A stretch of 64,000 nucleotides of DNA, taken from assembly GCA_003971905.1 (NCBI GenBank), contig RSEE01000013.1, positions 434,001 to 498,000 on the forward strand. The letters run 5' to 3'. This document shows, piece after piece, positions 12,901-27,430 of the stretch. The stretch comes from Moniliella sp. 'wahieum'. Its lineage: Eukaryota. Made by a program: the position numbers and the translations under genes. Under the pieces are notes generated by a model. The model was not told the DNA's origin and ran no database searches. It saw only the letters and a program-made list of their open reading frames with translations. How positions within the stretch are numbered: position 1 is the stretch's first letter; each line of letters begins with the position of its first letter.

Positions 12901-13945
12901 TTCGGCAGCCTTGACATCTGCCGCTTCTTGTGCCTCGTTTATCCGCAGCGGCGGCTCGGCCGTGTCGAGGTGGTCCAGCTCGTCGTCAAGAGCAAACTGC
13001 AGTTCTCCATCACCGGGAAGCCGTTGTACTGGGCCGGAGGAGATAGGCGCATCCGATTCAGCAGGAAGATGGTGAGACGCATGGTGGTCCCCGCTGGCGG
13101 TGCGAAGCAGTAGAAGATCAGTAGGAACGCGATCGTTCTTCTCAAGTACGACCAAGTCGCCCACCTTGAGCGCACTGCTGGGCACAGACAAAAAGGCCGC
13201 ATGGTCGTCATCTCCATCGGGAGGGAGTTGCACGCCACCAGATCGAGCCAAGCGCGCAGCAGCCTTGCGCGCCGACTTGGGCACCAAGCGGGCTGGGAGC
13301 AAGGTACGATATGGCTGGGAGTTGCTCTCCGCATCCCGGCGGTAGCGCCCCACATCGTCCAACGCCTCCTTTCCAATGGTCACGGCCAGAACAAATGAAA
13401 GGGGCGCAATGTAGGTGACCAAAAGCCAATCTTGAGCGCAGGGATGAACTGACTGAGAGCGACAAGCAAAAAGTACAGGTTGAAGAAGAACTTGAACTGC
13501 TCATAGAGGACGAGAGGAAAAAAGGTAAATATGTTGTACTTTTGATTGCACACAACGTTGCGCGCAAACGCCCCGTGCTTCTTGGTATACCCCTCGAGCG
13601 GCGCCACTGTGCGCCCAGTGGACAAGGAGCTGGGGCCGGGCTGGAAAAGACGCTGCCACCAGGGCGAAGGGCGGGACTTGGCTGCTGGACCATCGTCATC
13701 TGGGGCAACTGCCGCGAGAAGAGGGGAAGGAAGCGGGCGCATCTGGACGGGCCTTCCGCGCGAAGGTAGAGACGAATCAGGCGGGCGTCGGGATAGTTAG
13801 CGCCGCCATCAAGACGGTCGGTGCTTTGATCGGCCGAGGGGCCGAGCAGGCCAACACGTTCTTCGTCGTCGCTCAGGTCATCGTAGTGCGCCAAGGAGCG
13901 GCTTCGGCGATAGACTCCTCCATAGCCGCGTGGCGGCGAAGACAT
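9993..13945 (-). CDS. NEO1: P4-type ATPase, phospholipid flippase of the Neo1/ATP9 class; many frameshifts
   Basis: [70 protein letters not shown] at ~12045-12066; [75 protein letters not shown]. Confidence 0.97.
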
Positions 13946-14314
13946 GTCGGGGGGCGCCGGCGGGATGAGGGGTGGGGCGAAGCGGGGGGCCGGAGGGGTG
14001 GCGGCGATGGAGGCGAGGCTGGCAAGCGCGCAGCTGATCGGAACGGCGGCGCAGCCAGCAGCCAGCCGTTAATCAATCGCCTCTTTGTCGCAGCCACATG
14101 CAATGTTTCAAGTGACGCGCCCCTGCCTCACCCAGGCATCATGACCGCCACAGTTTGATTTCAGCCCGCTCAGCCGCCCAGCCGCCCAGCCTGGGCTGAC
14201 ATGCCCTGCATGGCCGGCTGCGCTCCACCCTCGCCCGAGACGGGCCCCATTGGCCGCATCGCCCCATCCCCTTTCCTCGCTACCACCACCTTCCTTTGCT
14301 CGGACCGAGTCACC

Positions 14315-15281
14315 ATGGGCTACGACTTTATCTCCGACGCCGCCGGCGCTGACAGTCTGCTCAGCAAATACGACACGTTTCTCTTTGACTGCGACGGAGT
14401 GCTCTGGTCCGGCTCGGACCACATCGCCGGCGCGGCGGACGCGCTGACCAAACTGCGCAACCGGCAAGCAGATCGTCTTTGTCACCAACAAGCATCCGTC
14501 TCGCGCGCCAAGTACATCCACAAGTTTGAAAAGATGGGCGTCGAGGCCAAGGTGGAGGAGATCGTATCGTCCGCCTACGCGGCGGCGGTGTATGTTGCGC
14601 GGGTTTTGAAGCTAGGCCAATCGGCGCGCCCCAAGGTCTATGTCCTGGGCATGGCTGGCATCGAGGATGAGTTGACCATCGAGGGCATTCCCTTCTGCGG
14701 TGGTACCGACCCTAAGGACAAGGCTTTCCTCCCCGAAGACGGCGATACCTGGGCGCCTCAACCATCCCGATGCGATTGACCCCGAGGTGGGGGCAGTGGT
14801 GTGCGGCATTGACTTGAATGTCAATTACATCAAGTTGGCAAGGCATACAAGCACGTTATGCGCGAGGGTACCCACTTCATTCTCACCAACGATGACTCCA
14901 CTTTCCCTGCCCTGGTGGGCCCTGGCCTGGTGCGGGCTCCATCTCGGCTCCCCTCCTTTCTCTACCAAGAAGACGCCAACCATCATTGGCAAGCCCCACC
15001 AGCCTATTCTTGATTCCATTCAGGCAGTGTGCGTCGTTGCCCTTTTTGTTTGTGCCTGTTTGCTAACTGGTAGTCTGCACAGGCACCCATTTGATCCCAA
15101 GCGTACTCTTTTCATTGGCGATCGCCTCGACACCGACATTGCCTTTGGTGCTCAGGCCGGCATTGATACCCTCATGGTACTGACTGGCATCTCCAGCAAG
15201 GCGGAGGTCGATGCGCCCGGGGCCGAAGTGGTCCCGACCTATATGGCTGACTCGCTCGCCTCGGCCCTTCACGTACAGTAA
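14315..15281 (+). CDS. PHO13: HAD-IIA p-nitrophenyl/phosphoglycolate phosphatase; intron ~15029-15082
   Basis: KYDTFLFDCDGVLWSG (motif I); EIVSSAYAAAVY; IIGKPHQP; LFIGDRLDTDIAFG; TLMVLTGIS. Confidence 0.92.
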
Positions 15282-15378
15282 TTTCTGTCCTTGGGTGTTG
15301 GTTAATCAATTCGTTGCGCCAGTAGGCTGCTATCGCTTGGGAAGATACGTGATGATGGTCGTAAAGTAGGAACTGGGG

Positions 15379-16798
15379 TCAAGTGAGCACCCGCCGGATT
15401 GCATCTCTTGCTTCCTCGCCAGGAAGACGGGCGATTTCAAGGTAATTGGGCAGGTGTCGACGTGCTCGAGGTGGTAAGGGCACACGAGTAGCAGAAAGCA
15501 TATCCGGACCGAAGTAGAGCTGGGTTGGCAATTGGGGTGCGGCCACAGAGTCCGCAGGCATTGTACAAAAGTGTCGCGGAGTGGTGGCCGCCCGGGCAAG
15601 AGCTTGAGGATGGACTAACGCATCTTCGCCTACGTCCTTTTCGTGCACCCCATCCCCCAGGACAGCCTTTACCATGGGGGTGACAAACCCGTCCATCGGC
15701 TCATATAAGACCCCATTGCCGTCCGGAAGCAAGGGTTTGGGTGGACCAAAGAGCGGGACATTGGATCCGTACCCCCCAACTCAATGCTCCTCCCTCCCCC
15801 GCCCAAATTGCCATCCGCCCCGCCGCTGCCTGTTCGCCGGCGGGGATTCCGAGCTGTACCACCATTCGAGGAACTTGAAGCCAAGATTGCCGCAGGAAGA
15901 AGGTATTTGAGCGATTCAAAAAGGCGTAAGGGAGGCTCGCAGGGCACGGCGCAGACCTTCCCTCGGATGTCGCACGAGGGATAGCAACTCCGAGATACCG
16001 CCATCAGGGAGGAACGATGCGGAGAGTTGGTCCTGCTCAAGGTTAGTTTACATCATTGCGGCAAAGGGAAAAGACTACACACTTGGTCGTCCGGGCCCAA
16101 CCGGCGAAGGTCGATTCGCATCCACTTAAACCATGGACGCCAGTGCGGCACGCGATCAAACAAGTAGGCCAGTGATAGATCAGAAGCCAGGCTTGGTACC
16201 CAACCTGCAGGTAAGGATAGCCGTGGTAGAACAACGACTTGAGCGTCGTTGTACACGTTCCCGTCTGGAACTGCTACTGGCGACAGTGGCGGGGCGTGGG
16301 AGGTGGCAAGGGAAGCGGGAGCTTCTGGGTCATGAACATCTTCATCTTCGTTATCGCCGAAGAGAACGTCATCGCTGGGTAAACCGCCGCCCATGCCTCC
16401 CATGCAGCATGGGCCTTAGCAGCCAGGTACGGCAGGCCAACGAGAAACAGGAGGGAGAGATTGATTTCGCGGGGCCGCAGTTGCTCATGCTTGAGCTGGG
16501 TGACGCGGGACTGATGGCTGTTGGCGTGAATGACACCAGGACGGCGGCGGCGCTTGAGGGAGTAAAAGTGCTCAGAAAAGGAGGCGCCCCAGGTCTTGAG
16601 GTAGTGGCGTCGACGAGGAAAGAGCGAGGGCGTACGCCTCGTCAAACTTGTTAGCCAGCCGAAGGAGCAGGCCAGCACGCCGCTGGGCCAGGAAACGACA
16701 ATGTAGCGGAGGGCTGGGCCAAGGAGCGAGCGGAGCTGCTCCGACGCGTACAACTCAAAGAAGGACGGCCGCAGCGGGTCGCCAGGCATGTCCGACAT
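15379..16798 (-). CDS. PEX12: Peroxin 12, RING peroxisomal import factor; frameshifted
   Basis: DPLRPSFFELYASEQLRSLLGPALRY; WGASFSEHFYSLKRRR; GLPYLAAKAH; ESLKYLLPAAI; C-terminal RING remnant (TCPITL) ending AIRRVLT*. Confidence 0.92.
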
Positions 16799-17145
16799 GG
16801 CGGTGGCGGTGTCAAGGTGGGGAGGCGGGGTGTGAGCTTCGAGCGTCGAGTGCTGCTGCTGCGACGGCTGTCCTGCCCGCCCCGCCTGCGGGTGCGTCTG
16901 AAACGGGATGGGATGGTGGTTTGCCCGGTGGGGGCGAATGCGGGGCACCGCCCTTCCGCCCAGGCGGAACCTCTGTCTTGGCGCCCCGCAGCCGACAGCA
17001 TTGCAACATTCAACGTTCAACATTGCCTCGGCCAGAAAAAAATCATCTGCTGCCTGCCGATCCGCACGCCAGCACCGTCGGCCATTGGTTCTTGGCCTGC
17101 GACTGCCTCGGCTGCTTCCTCCGCCTCCCCCCTTCTCTCCCCACC

Positions 17146-18252
17146 ATGGGCAGCTCCACAACCGACCGACGAGCATCTACTACCGCAGTCCAAGGCGGAT
17201 GGCTACCGTGCCCGCTCCGCCTACAAGCTGCTTCAGCTGGACGAGATGTACGGCTTCTTGGGCCGCCGCTCTCGCCACGCCGCCTCCGCCGTCTGGCACT
17301 TCCCCAGCGACGGCAGTGTGCCTGTGCGCAAACCACATGCTCGCGCCCTCGCCCCTACTCTGCCTGCCTCATCTTCTGCTGCCCTTCCCACCCCGACCTT
17401 TCCTTCGCCTGACTTGCCCGACTCGCCCGACTCGCCCCCTCCACGGAGAGCTGTGGACCTCTGTGCGGCGCCGGGCAGTTGGTCCCAAGTGCTCCGATCC
17501 CATCTCCCCGCCGAAGCAGCCATTGTATCGGTAGACTTGCAGGCCATGGCACCCATTCCCGGTGTGACTGAGGTGGGGCGACATCACTTCTCCCGCTACC
17601 GCCGCCGCGGTGGTCAACGCCCTGCAGCATCCCGATCTAGCTGGCGAAGCACCTCTCCCCACGGCACCGATGCCGATCTGCTCCTCGCTGATCTGGTTGT
17701 GTGCGATGGCGCACCGGATGTGACGGGGGTGCATGACCTGGACGAGTACTTGCACGCTCAATTGCTCCTGGCCGCCGTCCAGATTACCTTCCGGGTCTTA
17801 GCTTCCGGGGCACGTTTGTGGCTAAGGTATTTACCTTGCCCGATGAGTCGTCGGCCGGATTGCTGGCTTCCACCTCCACCGCTTCAGCCGGAACGGGGGA
17901 AGGCGTTCCGGGCACATCGGGGTTTCTCCTCAAACAGCAAATGCTGCCTTGGTTCGAACACGTTGACATTATCAAGCCCCGATCTTCCCGTCCCACCAGT
18001 GTCGAGCACTTCCTCGTCGCGCGCGGGTTCAAGCCCCCCACCCCTGGGCCCAACCTGCCTTCTACCCGCCGAGGAGCGGCATCGCATCGCAGAGTCTCTA
18101 CGGACGTACTTGGACACCCACCTCGACCACCCTAGCTCCCCGCCGCCCCCCTCAGCCAGCGACAAGGCGAGAGCACGGCGTTGCAATCGGCAATCGCGAT
18201 TACAGCCTGTGGGGATTTGTCGGCGTGGGATGCCCCTACGTCGGTGGCCTGA
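17146..18252 (+). CDS. TRM7: tRNA (C32/G34) 2'-O-ribose methyltransferase, FtsJ/RrmJ family; frameshifted
   Basis: GYRARSAYKLLQLDE; AVDLCAAPGSWSQVL; VDLQAMAPIPGV; ADLVVCDGAPDVTGVHDLDEY; KPRSSRPTSVEHFLVARGF; ACGDLSAWD near the stop. Confidence 0.92.
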
Positions 18253-18799
18253 CGCTCGGGATTCAGGTGTATGCCTGCATGACCTCAGTTTCGTGTGCCA
18301 TACTAAGCGCGGACATACACCGTGAAATGGATCTCTACAGAGAGGTCACTCCCGTCCTCTCGCACCTACACCTTGTTCTCTTTCATTAGCCCTGTCAGGC
18401 AAGCGGGGTTTGTAAGACCGGAGGAACCCAAGGGATTGGGTGAAGAACCTCTGGAAATGTAGAGCAATGCAATCGCGATGGTGGTGGTTTAGGTCTAAGC
18501 CTTGTGCCACACCTAGAGACAGGGGTTCAGACAAGCCTGAGTATACACGTGGAGGCTTCGGAGGACAAATCAGGGGTGAAGGGTGATGAGGCGCCTTGGC
18601 CTAAGTACGGGACCACGGGTCCCAACAGGGTTATCTGCCAAAGCCAGATGATCACGGCGTAACACAATACTTACTCGAGTCTAGTAGCTGCCTCAGTGCG
18701 TGAGCGGAGAAGTATTCGGAATGGAACGATGGGGAGGGGGGGCTGTGATCGTTACAAGCGGAAACATAAAAAAGGCGAGTGGGATGCGAAGGAAATAGA

Positions 18800-20053
18800 T
18801 AGTAGAAAGGGGGGTAGTAGCCGAAGAAAAGAGGTCTCACTTGGCCGCATCCGGAGGTCCTGTGCGTACATTGCCCAATCTTGCGGTGCCAGACCTCGTC
18901 ATTGTGCAGCAACCCGCCTCCCTGCGTGCATGAGCCACCGCGGTGGGATACGCTTCCCACCACCAGCGGTGGGTAACCTGATCCACATGCTCCCGCGCCT
19001 CGGGGGCGCGTCAGGATGGTCGTAGTCCCCTACCGCCCAAGGTTTTCTGGGGGAGCGTTTCACGTCAGAATCCAGAAACGGAGCGCGAAGAAAAGGAAGG
19101 AACATGGGACATACTGCAGAATGTAATGTACGTTGCGCACCGCCTCATCCGACCACATGGCTGGGTGACATTGGTACAGTGGTTTTGAGCGCATTGAACA
19201 CGTAGGGCAACACGGTGATCTGCCCACGAAACACTTTGGCGAGAAAATCTTGGTCGGGGAAATGGAAATGGGGCACGTCGGGATCGGTTTGGATCAATTC
19301 GGCCATCTCGTTCATCTTGGTCACCGAGGGATGCAGGATGACGAGACCACTGTTGATCAGATGGTAGGTTTCCGGACTGGACTCGGTCAGCTTGATCCCT
19401 GTGTGGGCGGCGGTAGATGCGTTTGTGGGGTAAAGGCACAGTTGGCGGGGACCCAGGTGGAAGGGTAGGACGCAATCTTGCGCGGGTTGCATGTACATGC
19501 CGAGCTGGCGGCGATGCCGATTTGGTCGGCAGGGCGATGCTCATCCTCCCCTGAAAGAGGGACAACCATGGCATCGTCGATATTCTGACGAACAAGCATA
19601 TCGGAATCAATCAATCCGACCCGATCATACTCTTCCAGTTCAAATGCACGTAGCTTGGTCCAGGCTTGGAGAAGCGTTCCTCCGCCATCGACTGTGGGCC
19701 ATCAAGAAGTAAGACTGTCAGGACGGTGCATTAAGACTAGGACAAAAGGCCGACGTACCTTGCCGACTTGCTTGGGAATCAGCGGCTCCACTTGTCGCAC
19801 AATCGCACCCAAATGATGGATACTGAGCGCGTTTCTTGTGATACATCCGGCGTGACCATAACAACGAGAGGGTATCGTGAGCCTGGCTGCTCCCCCAGCC
19901 CGTTGAGTAGACTGTAGGAAAACACCAGCAAACCAGGCAAGTAGTTGTCGGCTGTCAAAAGCGTAACCCAGGCCGCGGATCGACACTTGGTTTCTCCCGA
20001 ATCCACGGCTGCGGCCCCCGTCCTCTGCTTAGTGGCCAGCGCACCTAACACAT
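18800..20053 (-). CDS. Glycosyltransferase family 8 (glycogenin/galactinol-synthase-like); several introns; both ends approximate
   Basis: AWVTLLTADNYLPGLLV; YPLVVMVTPD; DSDMLVRQNID (DxD); ACTCNPRKIASYPSTWVPANCAFT; INSGLVILHPS; FPDQDFLA; LPYVFNALKT; KPW. Confidence 0.9.
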
Positions 20054-20259
20054 GAAAAAATCCGTGTGAGTACTAAAGCCAAGCGAATCAAGCTCGGGAA
20101 ACGATCCCGGCGATAACGTGCATGAGGGTATCAAACGCAAAACACAGGAGGGTTATATTTACCTAGGATTTGTGCTGTTCGGCACGTTTCACAATCCCAG
20201 CTGTAGAGGAGAGAGAAAAAGGTCAGAATTATTCGCTCAGAGGCAGGGTAGACCACTTA

Positions 20260-21358
20260 CTCCGTCACAATGCCGGCTGCCTTGGTGCGTTCCTCCATGA
20301 CTTCCTGCACGGCTCATGACGGTGATTTTTGAAGGTAACTAGCGTCTTGTCATCCGCCTTGACTTTCTTGTCAAACTCCACTGATCCCGCATACGACACA
20401 ACAGGGTCTTGGTCGCCATGGATGAGCAACAAGGGCAACTGCGGGGATAGTTTTTGTACTTATCGTTGAGCAAGTCCATCCCGTTGAGAAGCGGCCCGGC
20501 GATCGCGCGCAGAAAGACACTTTTTTCCATGTAAGGGTTTTTGAGTGCATCAGCCTGAATCACCGGATCAGAACTGAGGTCTTCGGGGAAATGGGATTGA
20601 CCCAGGGCATGTTGGGGAAGAACTTGAGCACACCTCTGCCACGGTCTGCACAATCCCGGGTGGCGGGCTGGTCACTTGAGCCAGGGCGCGGAGCCAATTA
20701 CGCCGGCCAAGCCCTCGGTGGTCGTGGGTGGGAGATAAGGGGAATCAGCTGGGCGTGTCCAGCACTCAGTGCCAGTTGACCACCCATGCTGTGGCCCATG
20801 AGAAAAAATGGACAACGCAGGGCCATACGTGTCATCCATACGCTTTGCGCTCGGCAAGGATAACCTGGTTCAGGTCTTGGAGCAACAGCTCGAGCGTTGA
20901 TTGGTGTGGTTTTCCTTCTTCCATGCGCCAGGCATACCCTTCTCTGCTGTGACACCATAGCCGCGCTGGTCATAACTGGTGACATATATGCCCTTGTCGG
21001 CAAAGACAGGGAGGATGTGGTCGTAACGGTAAATGTTCTCGTTGAATCCATGCTAGGATGGAGTGGGATGAATGGTGAGTGCCATGGCAGAGCGCGGGGG
21101 GGGGGGGCTAAGGACAACGGAATGCCAAGGACATACAACAAGCAGCAGGCCGCAACGGGAGGCGTCCCCTCGGCAACCTGGCAGGCACCCAGTGCTTGGT
21201 GAAGAGCTTGACGGGGGGGTGGGTGGCGGTGGTGACAAACTCTTCTTGGGTGGTACCGGGGTGGCGACGGGGACAAAGGGCACGTCGCGTGGGCGCTGCT
21301 CTGGCGGGAGGTGTGTGGTGTGGACAGAAGCAAGCGCTGCAGACGCTATGCGTCCCAC
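20260..21358 (-). CDS. Alpha/beta-hydrolase, monoglyceride lipase/lysophospholipase (Yju3-like); ends approximate
   Basis: KLFTKHWVP; IHGFNENIYRYDH and SYDQRGYG at ~20950-21050; FLMGHSMGG nucleophile elbow; LSSDP; LLIHGDQDPVVSY at ~20395-20435. Confidence 0.85.
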
Positions 21359-22893
21359 GGACGTCTCTCTGCAAGGAGCGCGGATGTAATGGGCTGCAAG
21401 GCCCGCTATTCTCTGGGTTCCACAATCTCCGACCCTCGATCACCGACCAGCATCGGCGTGCTGCTGCTGCTGCCTGCCTGCCCCGGCCATCCTGCCTATC
21501 CACGCGTGTTCCTGCCCGCCCGCCCTCCTTCCTCCGCGGCTTCCGGCCGTGCATCGGCATCAGTCATCGGTCATCATGCATCAGCGGTGCGTCATCTATG
21601 CATGCAACCAACGTCACGCGTCACCCATCCTTTGCGCACACCGCGCTTGGCGCCTGGTGTGATGCATGATGCATGCACCCCGAGATTTCCTTTCAGCGCA
21701 TCTGCTTCGGCCTTCGACGATAACGATAACCTCCGCATTCCGCCTCCCGCCGTTCCGCTCCTGGTGCCACCGTCGACTATGGCCGGCCGTCCTGGTTCGG
21801 GTGCCCAGCACGACGCTGGTGCCTCTGCTGGCCATCACTTCGACCCCTTCGTCTAGCGCCCAGGCAACGTGCTCTTTGTCAGGGGCACCTGCACACGTGG
21901 GCCGCACCATCGTCGCGTCATGCATCATTGACCCCATCATTTGCAAGCTGCTGGGATCGGAGACCAAAGGCCACAGCTTGTCCGGATGCAATGATTTATC
22001 TGTTCTTTGCATCCTGGCTCGCTGAGCCGACCACGCGTGCGCCGCAGATCCTTCTGGAATGGGTTGAATGGAAATACGGCTACGTGCGATCTTTACGCGT
22101 ACGGCGTGGTAGCGGCCGTCGCGATGGCCGCATGGGATGGTCCTATAGCATTTGGCGGCCAAATCAAATGTAGTCCACCTCTCTGTTTTTAGCCCTCTTA
22201 AAAGGTGTGACCAAAAGACGTCCTCTATGTCGGGGAAATGACCAGCTAAAGAGATGCATCAGGATCACGATACGGGCAGTGGTGGGACCATCGTCTTGCT
22301 CTGTGCGGTAGACCGACATGGCTTGTTCCAACGCGCGCATCTTGTGGGCGAGGGCCGAGGGTGGGGAGGAGGTGTCTTGTGGGGGGCTGATGTGGAGAGG
22401 CGTGAGGCTGAGGGCGTGAGGGCGTGAGGGGGAGCGTGAGCACGGGGTGATTGAATATTGAACGTTGAACATTCGGATGGCCCCACTGGGCTCGGACAAA
22501 CGCAGGCTGCCCAGGCGCCCAGGCCCTGGCCTGTGCACTGGCGTGCCGCGTGCTGCCAAACGGGGGTGGCCTGGTGGGGGCGTGGCACACTGCCCCTGTG
22601 GCGGCGCCACGCGCGCTTGCGCTCTGCTGCCTCGCCGCCGGCAGGCCAGACAGCGGCAGCAACGCACCACGCAGCAGACACCAGGCCACACCAGCTGCCA
22701 GCCTGGCCCATCGCCTTGGCTGTGTCGCCCCCGCCGCTCACCGCCCGCTGCGTCGTCCTTGCCTCTGCTCCCCATCTGGCTGCCATGCCCCCCCCCGGCC
22801 CTGTTCCTGCGCCCAGCATGCCCCCTCCGCCCGCCCGTGCGTCCTGCCTCCTGCCCTCTGTCTAACCCACGCCCACGCCCCGCGCCCTGCTGA

Positions 22894-24593
<1,700 letters not shown>

Positions 24594-25612
24594 TGAGGTA
24601 TTGTCTCGGCTCGACGGGCTCCAACCTACCAGGTGAGCGCATCTGTCTTGGCTCTGCGCTTCGTTATCGTTACCCCTTTGCCCGATCATATCCCCCCCCC
24701 CTCCTCTGAGTGCCCTTCCTTCAATCTCTATCTCCCTAGCAATCCCCAATCCCCATCCCCTCCCCATCTCCATTGTCAACACCCATTTCCAGTCCCTTTT
24801 TTGAAGCTTCATCAATGACTAGTTGGTAGACGTGTCGTAGTACGGAGAAGCGGTCGAACGAGCTGAGAAGGGCAAAGGATTGACGCGTAACGGGATATAT
24901 GGCTCGAGTAGGCGACCATTGCTGAGCGCCCAGGCTGAGAGTTGAGGTGCTGAGGTGAGGCAAGACGGTGGGCATTGCTGGGCCACTGCTGGACCCAAGC
25001 CCAGAGTGGCCGTATTCGGCCCGAGGCCTGAGCAGCACCTAAGCTGAGGTTGTGGTGGCTTGTTCCGACACAAGCTGATGAGTGTCTCTGAATCTGACCT
25101 GTGACCGACTGCGGAACAATGATTAATGAGGGCGTGGTCAGGATGGTGAGTTCAGAGTAAGGAGCGAGCGCAGCCTGAGCGCCTGAGGAGCACACCGCTG
25201 CTCCATAATGGAAAATGGAGTTGCTGCCGGAAATGCGGAGGAGGAGTAAGACGGAGAGTAGCTTAGCAGCCGCCAGCCTGGAAGACCATGACCCCATCTC
25301 GGCCACGCCCTGGTCCCACCTGGTGGAGTCGTCATCGTCGTCGCTCAACTCAAGGCACACGACAGAGGCAAACGTCAACCCGCGGCCCAGCCTAGCCCAG
25401 CTGGTGGCCAAGCGAACTGCCAGGTGCCCAGCCTCGGGCCTTCCTTCCGCATTGGGGCACCCTATGACGCAGACAGCCCCTGACACTGCCGCCAAGCCGC
25501 CGAGTAAGCCCTCAGGCACCCGTGCTGCCCCCGTGCCCAGCCCGGGGGGCTGCGGACGACGCGTGTGCTGCTGGCTCCTGGCTGCACTGCTGCGTTTTAC
25601 AACACTCGGCAT

Positions 25613-25637
25613 CCACCATCACCACCACCACCACCAC
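25613..25637 (+). repeat. (CAC)n microsatellite, about 8 units with one interruption
   Basis: ccaccatcaccaccaccaccaccac upstream of PTC1. Confidence 0.7.
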
Positions 25638-26080
25638 TCTGCCGCTTCCACATCCGCCCTCCCCGCATCCCGCGCCTTCCACCCCCCGCCCCCCGCCTTT
25701 CCCCCGTATCTCTTCTGCCGCCGCCCTACCTCCTCCTGATTCTCTCGCTGCCGCACACCCACCCGCGGCGCCGCCGCCGCGCCGTCTCTACCGACAGCTC
25801 AGATGCCATCCCCACCGCCTTGCCTGCCCATCCCCATCGCTCCGGTGTGCCCGCCGCGGCCTCTGGCGTGCATCCCCACACAGCCTCCCCCGCACCCCAA
25901 GATCCATCGCCTGCATCCTCAGCATCTGTCAGTCACCCTTTCCTGCCCCACCCGTCACTCTTCCTCCCCGCCATCCGCCTCGCTGCCCGTGATGCCTTCT
26001 TCACGCGAGCACCTAGAGGACAACGACACACGCCTCTCTCCGCCACTCACGCAGTGCTGCTGCCATTCGCACACATCCCA

Positions 26081-27430
26081 ATGGGTCTCCTCGCCTATCT
26101 AGCCGACCTCTCTCGATGGCAGCGCCGGGCCAGTACGGGGCGCGGCCCAAGCACTCCCTTCCACTGTCCCTTCCGCGTAGGCATAGTGGAAGACCGCAAC
26201 AAACGATGGCGCCGCACCATGGAGGACTCACACACATTTGTTTACGACTTTGGTGGGGTCCAAGGGCAAGGATTTTTTGGTCTGTACGATGGTCATGCGG
26301 GAAAAGCATCGGCAGAATGGTGTGGCAAATACCTGTACCAAGTACGTGGTCTCTCCTCTCTCTCTTTCCTTGGTCTGAAATTGACAATGAATTCGGCAGT
26401 ACCTACGAGAACATCTCATTCGTCACCCCAACGATTCGGTTCCCGACGTGCTCAACAATACTTTCCAAAGCGCTGACGTGGCACTGGCCGAGGTAGCAAA
26501 GGAAACTCGGACGTCGTCGGGTTGTACGCGGTGGCCTGCTACTTGCGCCTGGAAGATGCGAATGGGGTTCCTATTGCCGGACCTGGCTCGGGAGGGGTCA
26601 TGCCAGGCGAAACGGGGGCTGGGCCAAGCGTTCATAGGAGGTGCCTCGGTCCCCCCGCACATTGAGGGCTTTTCAACGGTTGCTGTAATCCGTACCGATC
26701 CCAATCCTTCGGCCATTGCGCCTGTTTCTGAGGTGGAGACCATCGGCGAGCCGAAACATCACCACGGGGGTCTGCTCTCCTCCCTTGCCGCCGCGCAGGA
26801 TTCCACCATCGACAACAGCGCACAGTCTCAATCAACGTGGCCTCGGGCAGCGACCCTGCCTCGTCCCCGGGCATTCACCATACCACAGGCGCAGCTTGCC
26901 TCACGACTCTCCCGATAGGACGACACCCCATTTGTTGAACCCTTCTCTGGTTGCGATCCCCTATCGCCGAATGTTGTACACGGCCAACGTTGGTGATGCC
27001 CGTGCGGTTCTCTCGCGGGGGAGGGCAGTGCGCCTGACGTACGACCACAAGGGCTCGGACCAGCAGGAAGTAGCGCGCATCAAGGAAGCCGGTGGGTTCG
27101 TGATGAACAATCGCGTGAATGGGGTCTTGGCGGTGACGCGCTCCTTGGGGGACAATAGCATGAAAGAGTTTGTCGTTGGCAATCCCTACACGACCGAGAC
27201 GGCGCTCGGGGACGAGGACGCGTTCTTGATTGTCGCATGCGATGGCCTGTGGGACGTACGTCGGACCAAGAAGCTGTGGACCTGATTCGGAACGTGGAAG
27301 ATGCTCAAGACGCAGCTCGCATTCTTCTCAAACACGCCCTTTCCAACTTTCCACCGACAACATCTCGGTCATGGTGATTCGGTTCAATGCCAAACCCGAT
27401 ACGGGCTTCGCTTCCCGTATTCTCTCGTGA
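26081..27430 (+). CDS. PTC1: Protein phosphatase 2C, Ptc1-like; intron ~26342-26398; long low-complexity insert
   Basis: [86 protein letters not shown]. Confidence 0.93.

Noticed and set aside
24812..25739. ORFs between CBK1 and PTC1 (266 aa minus, 174 aa plus)
   Set aside because: No recognisable domain and no convincing start or codon pattern. Could be UTR or intergenic; not excluded.
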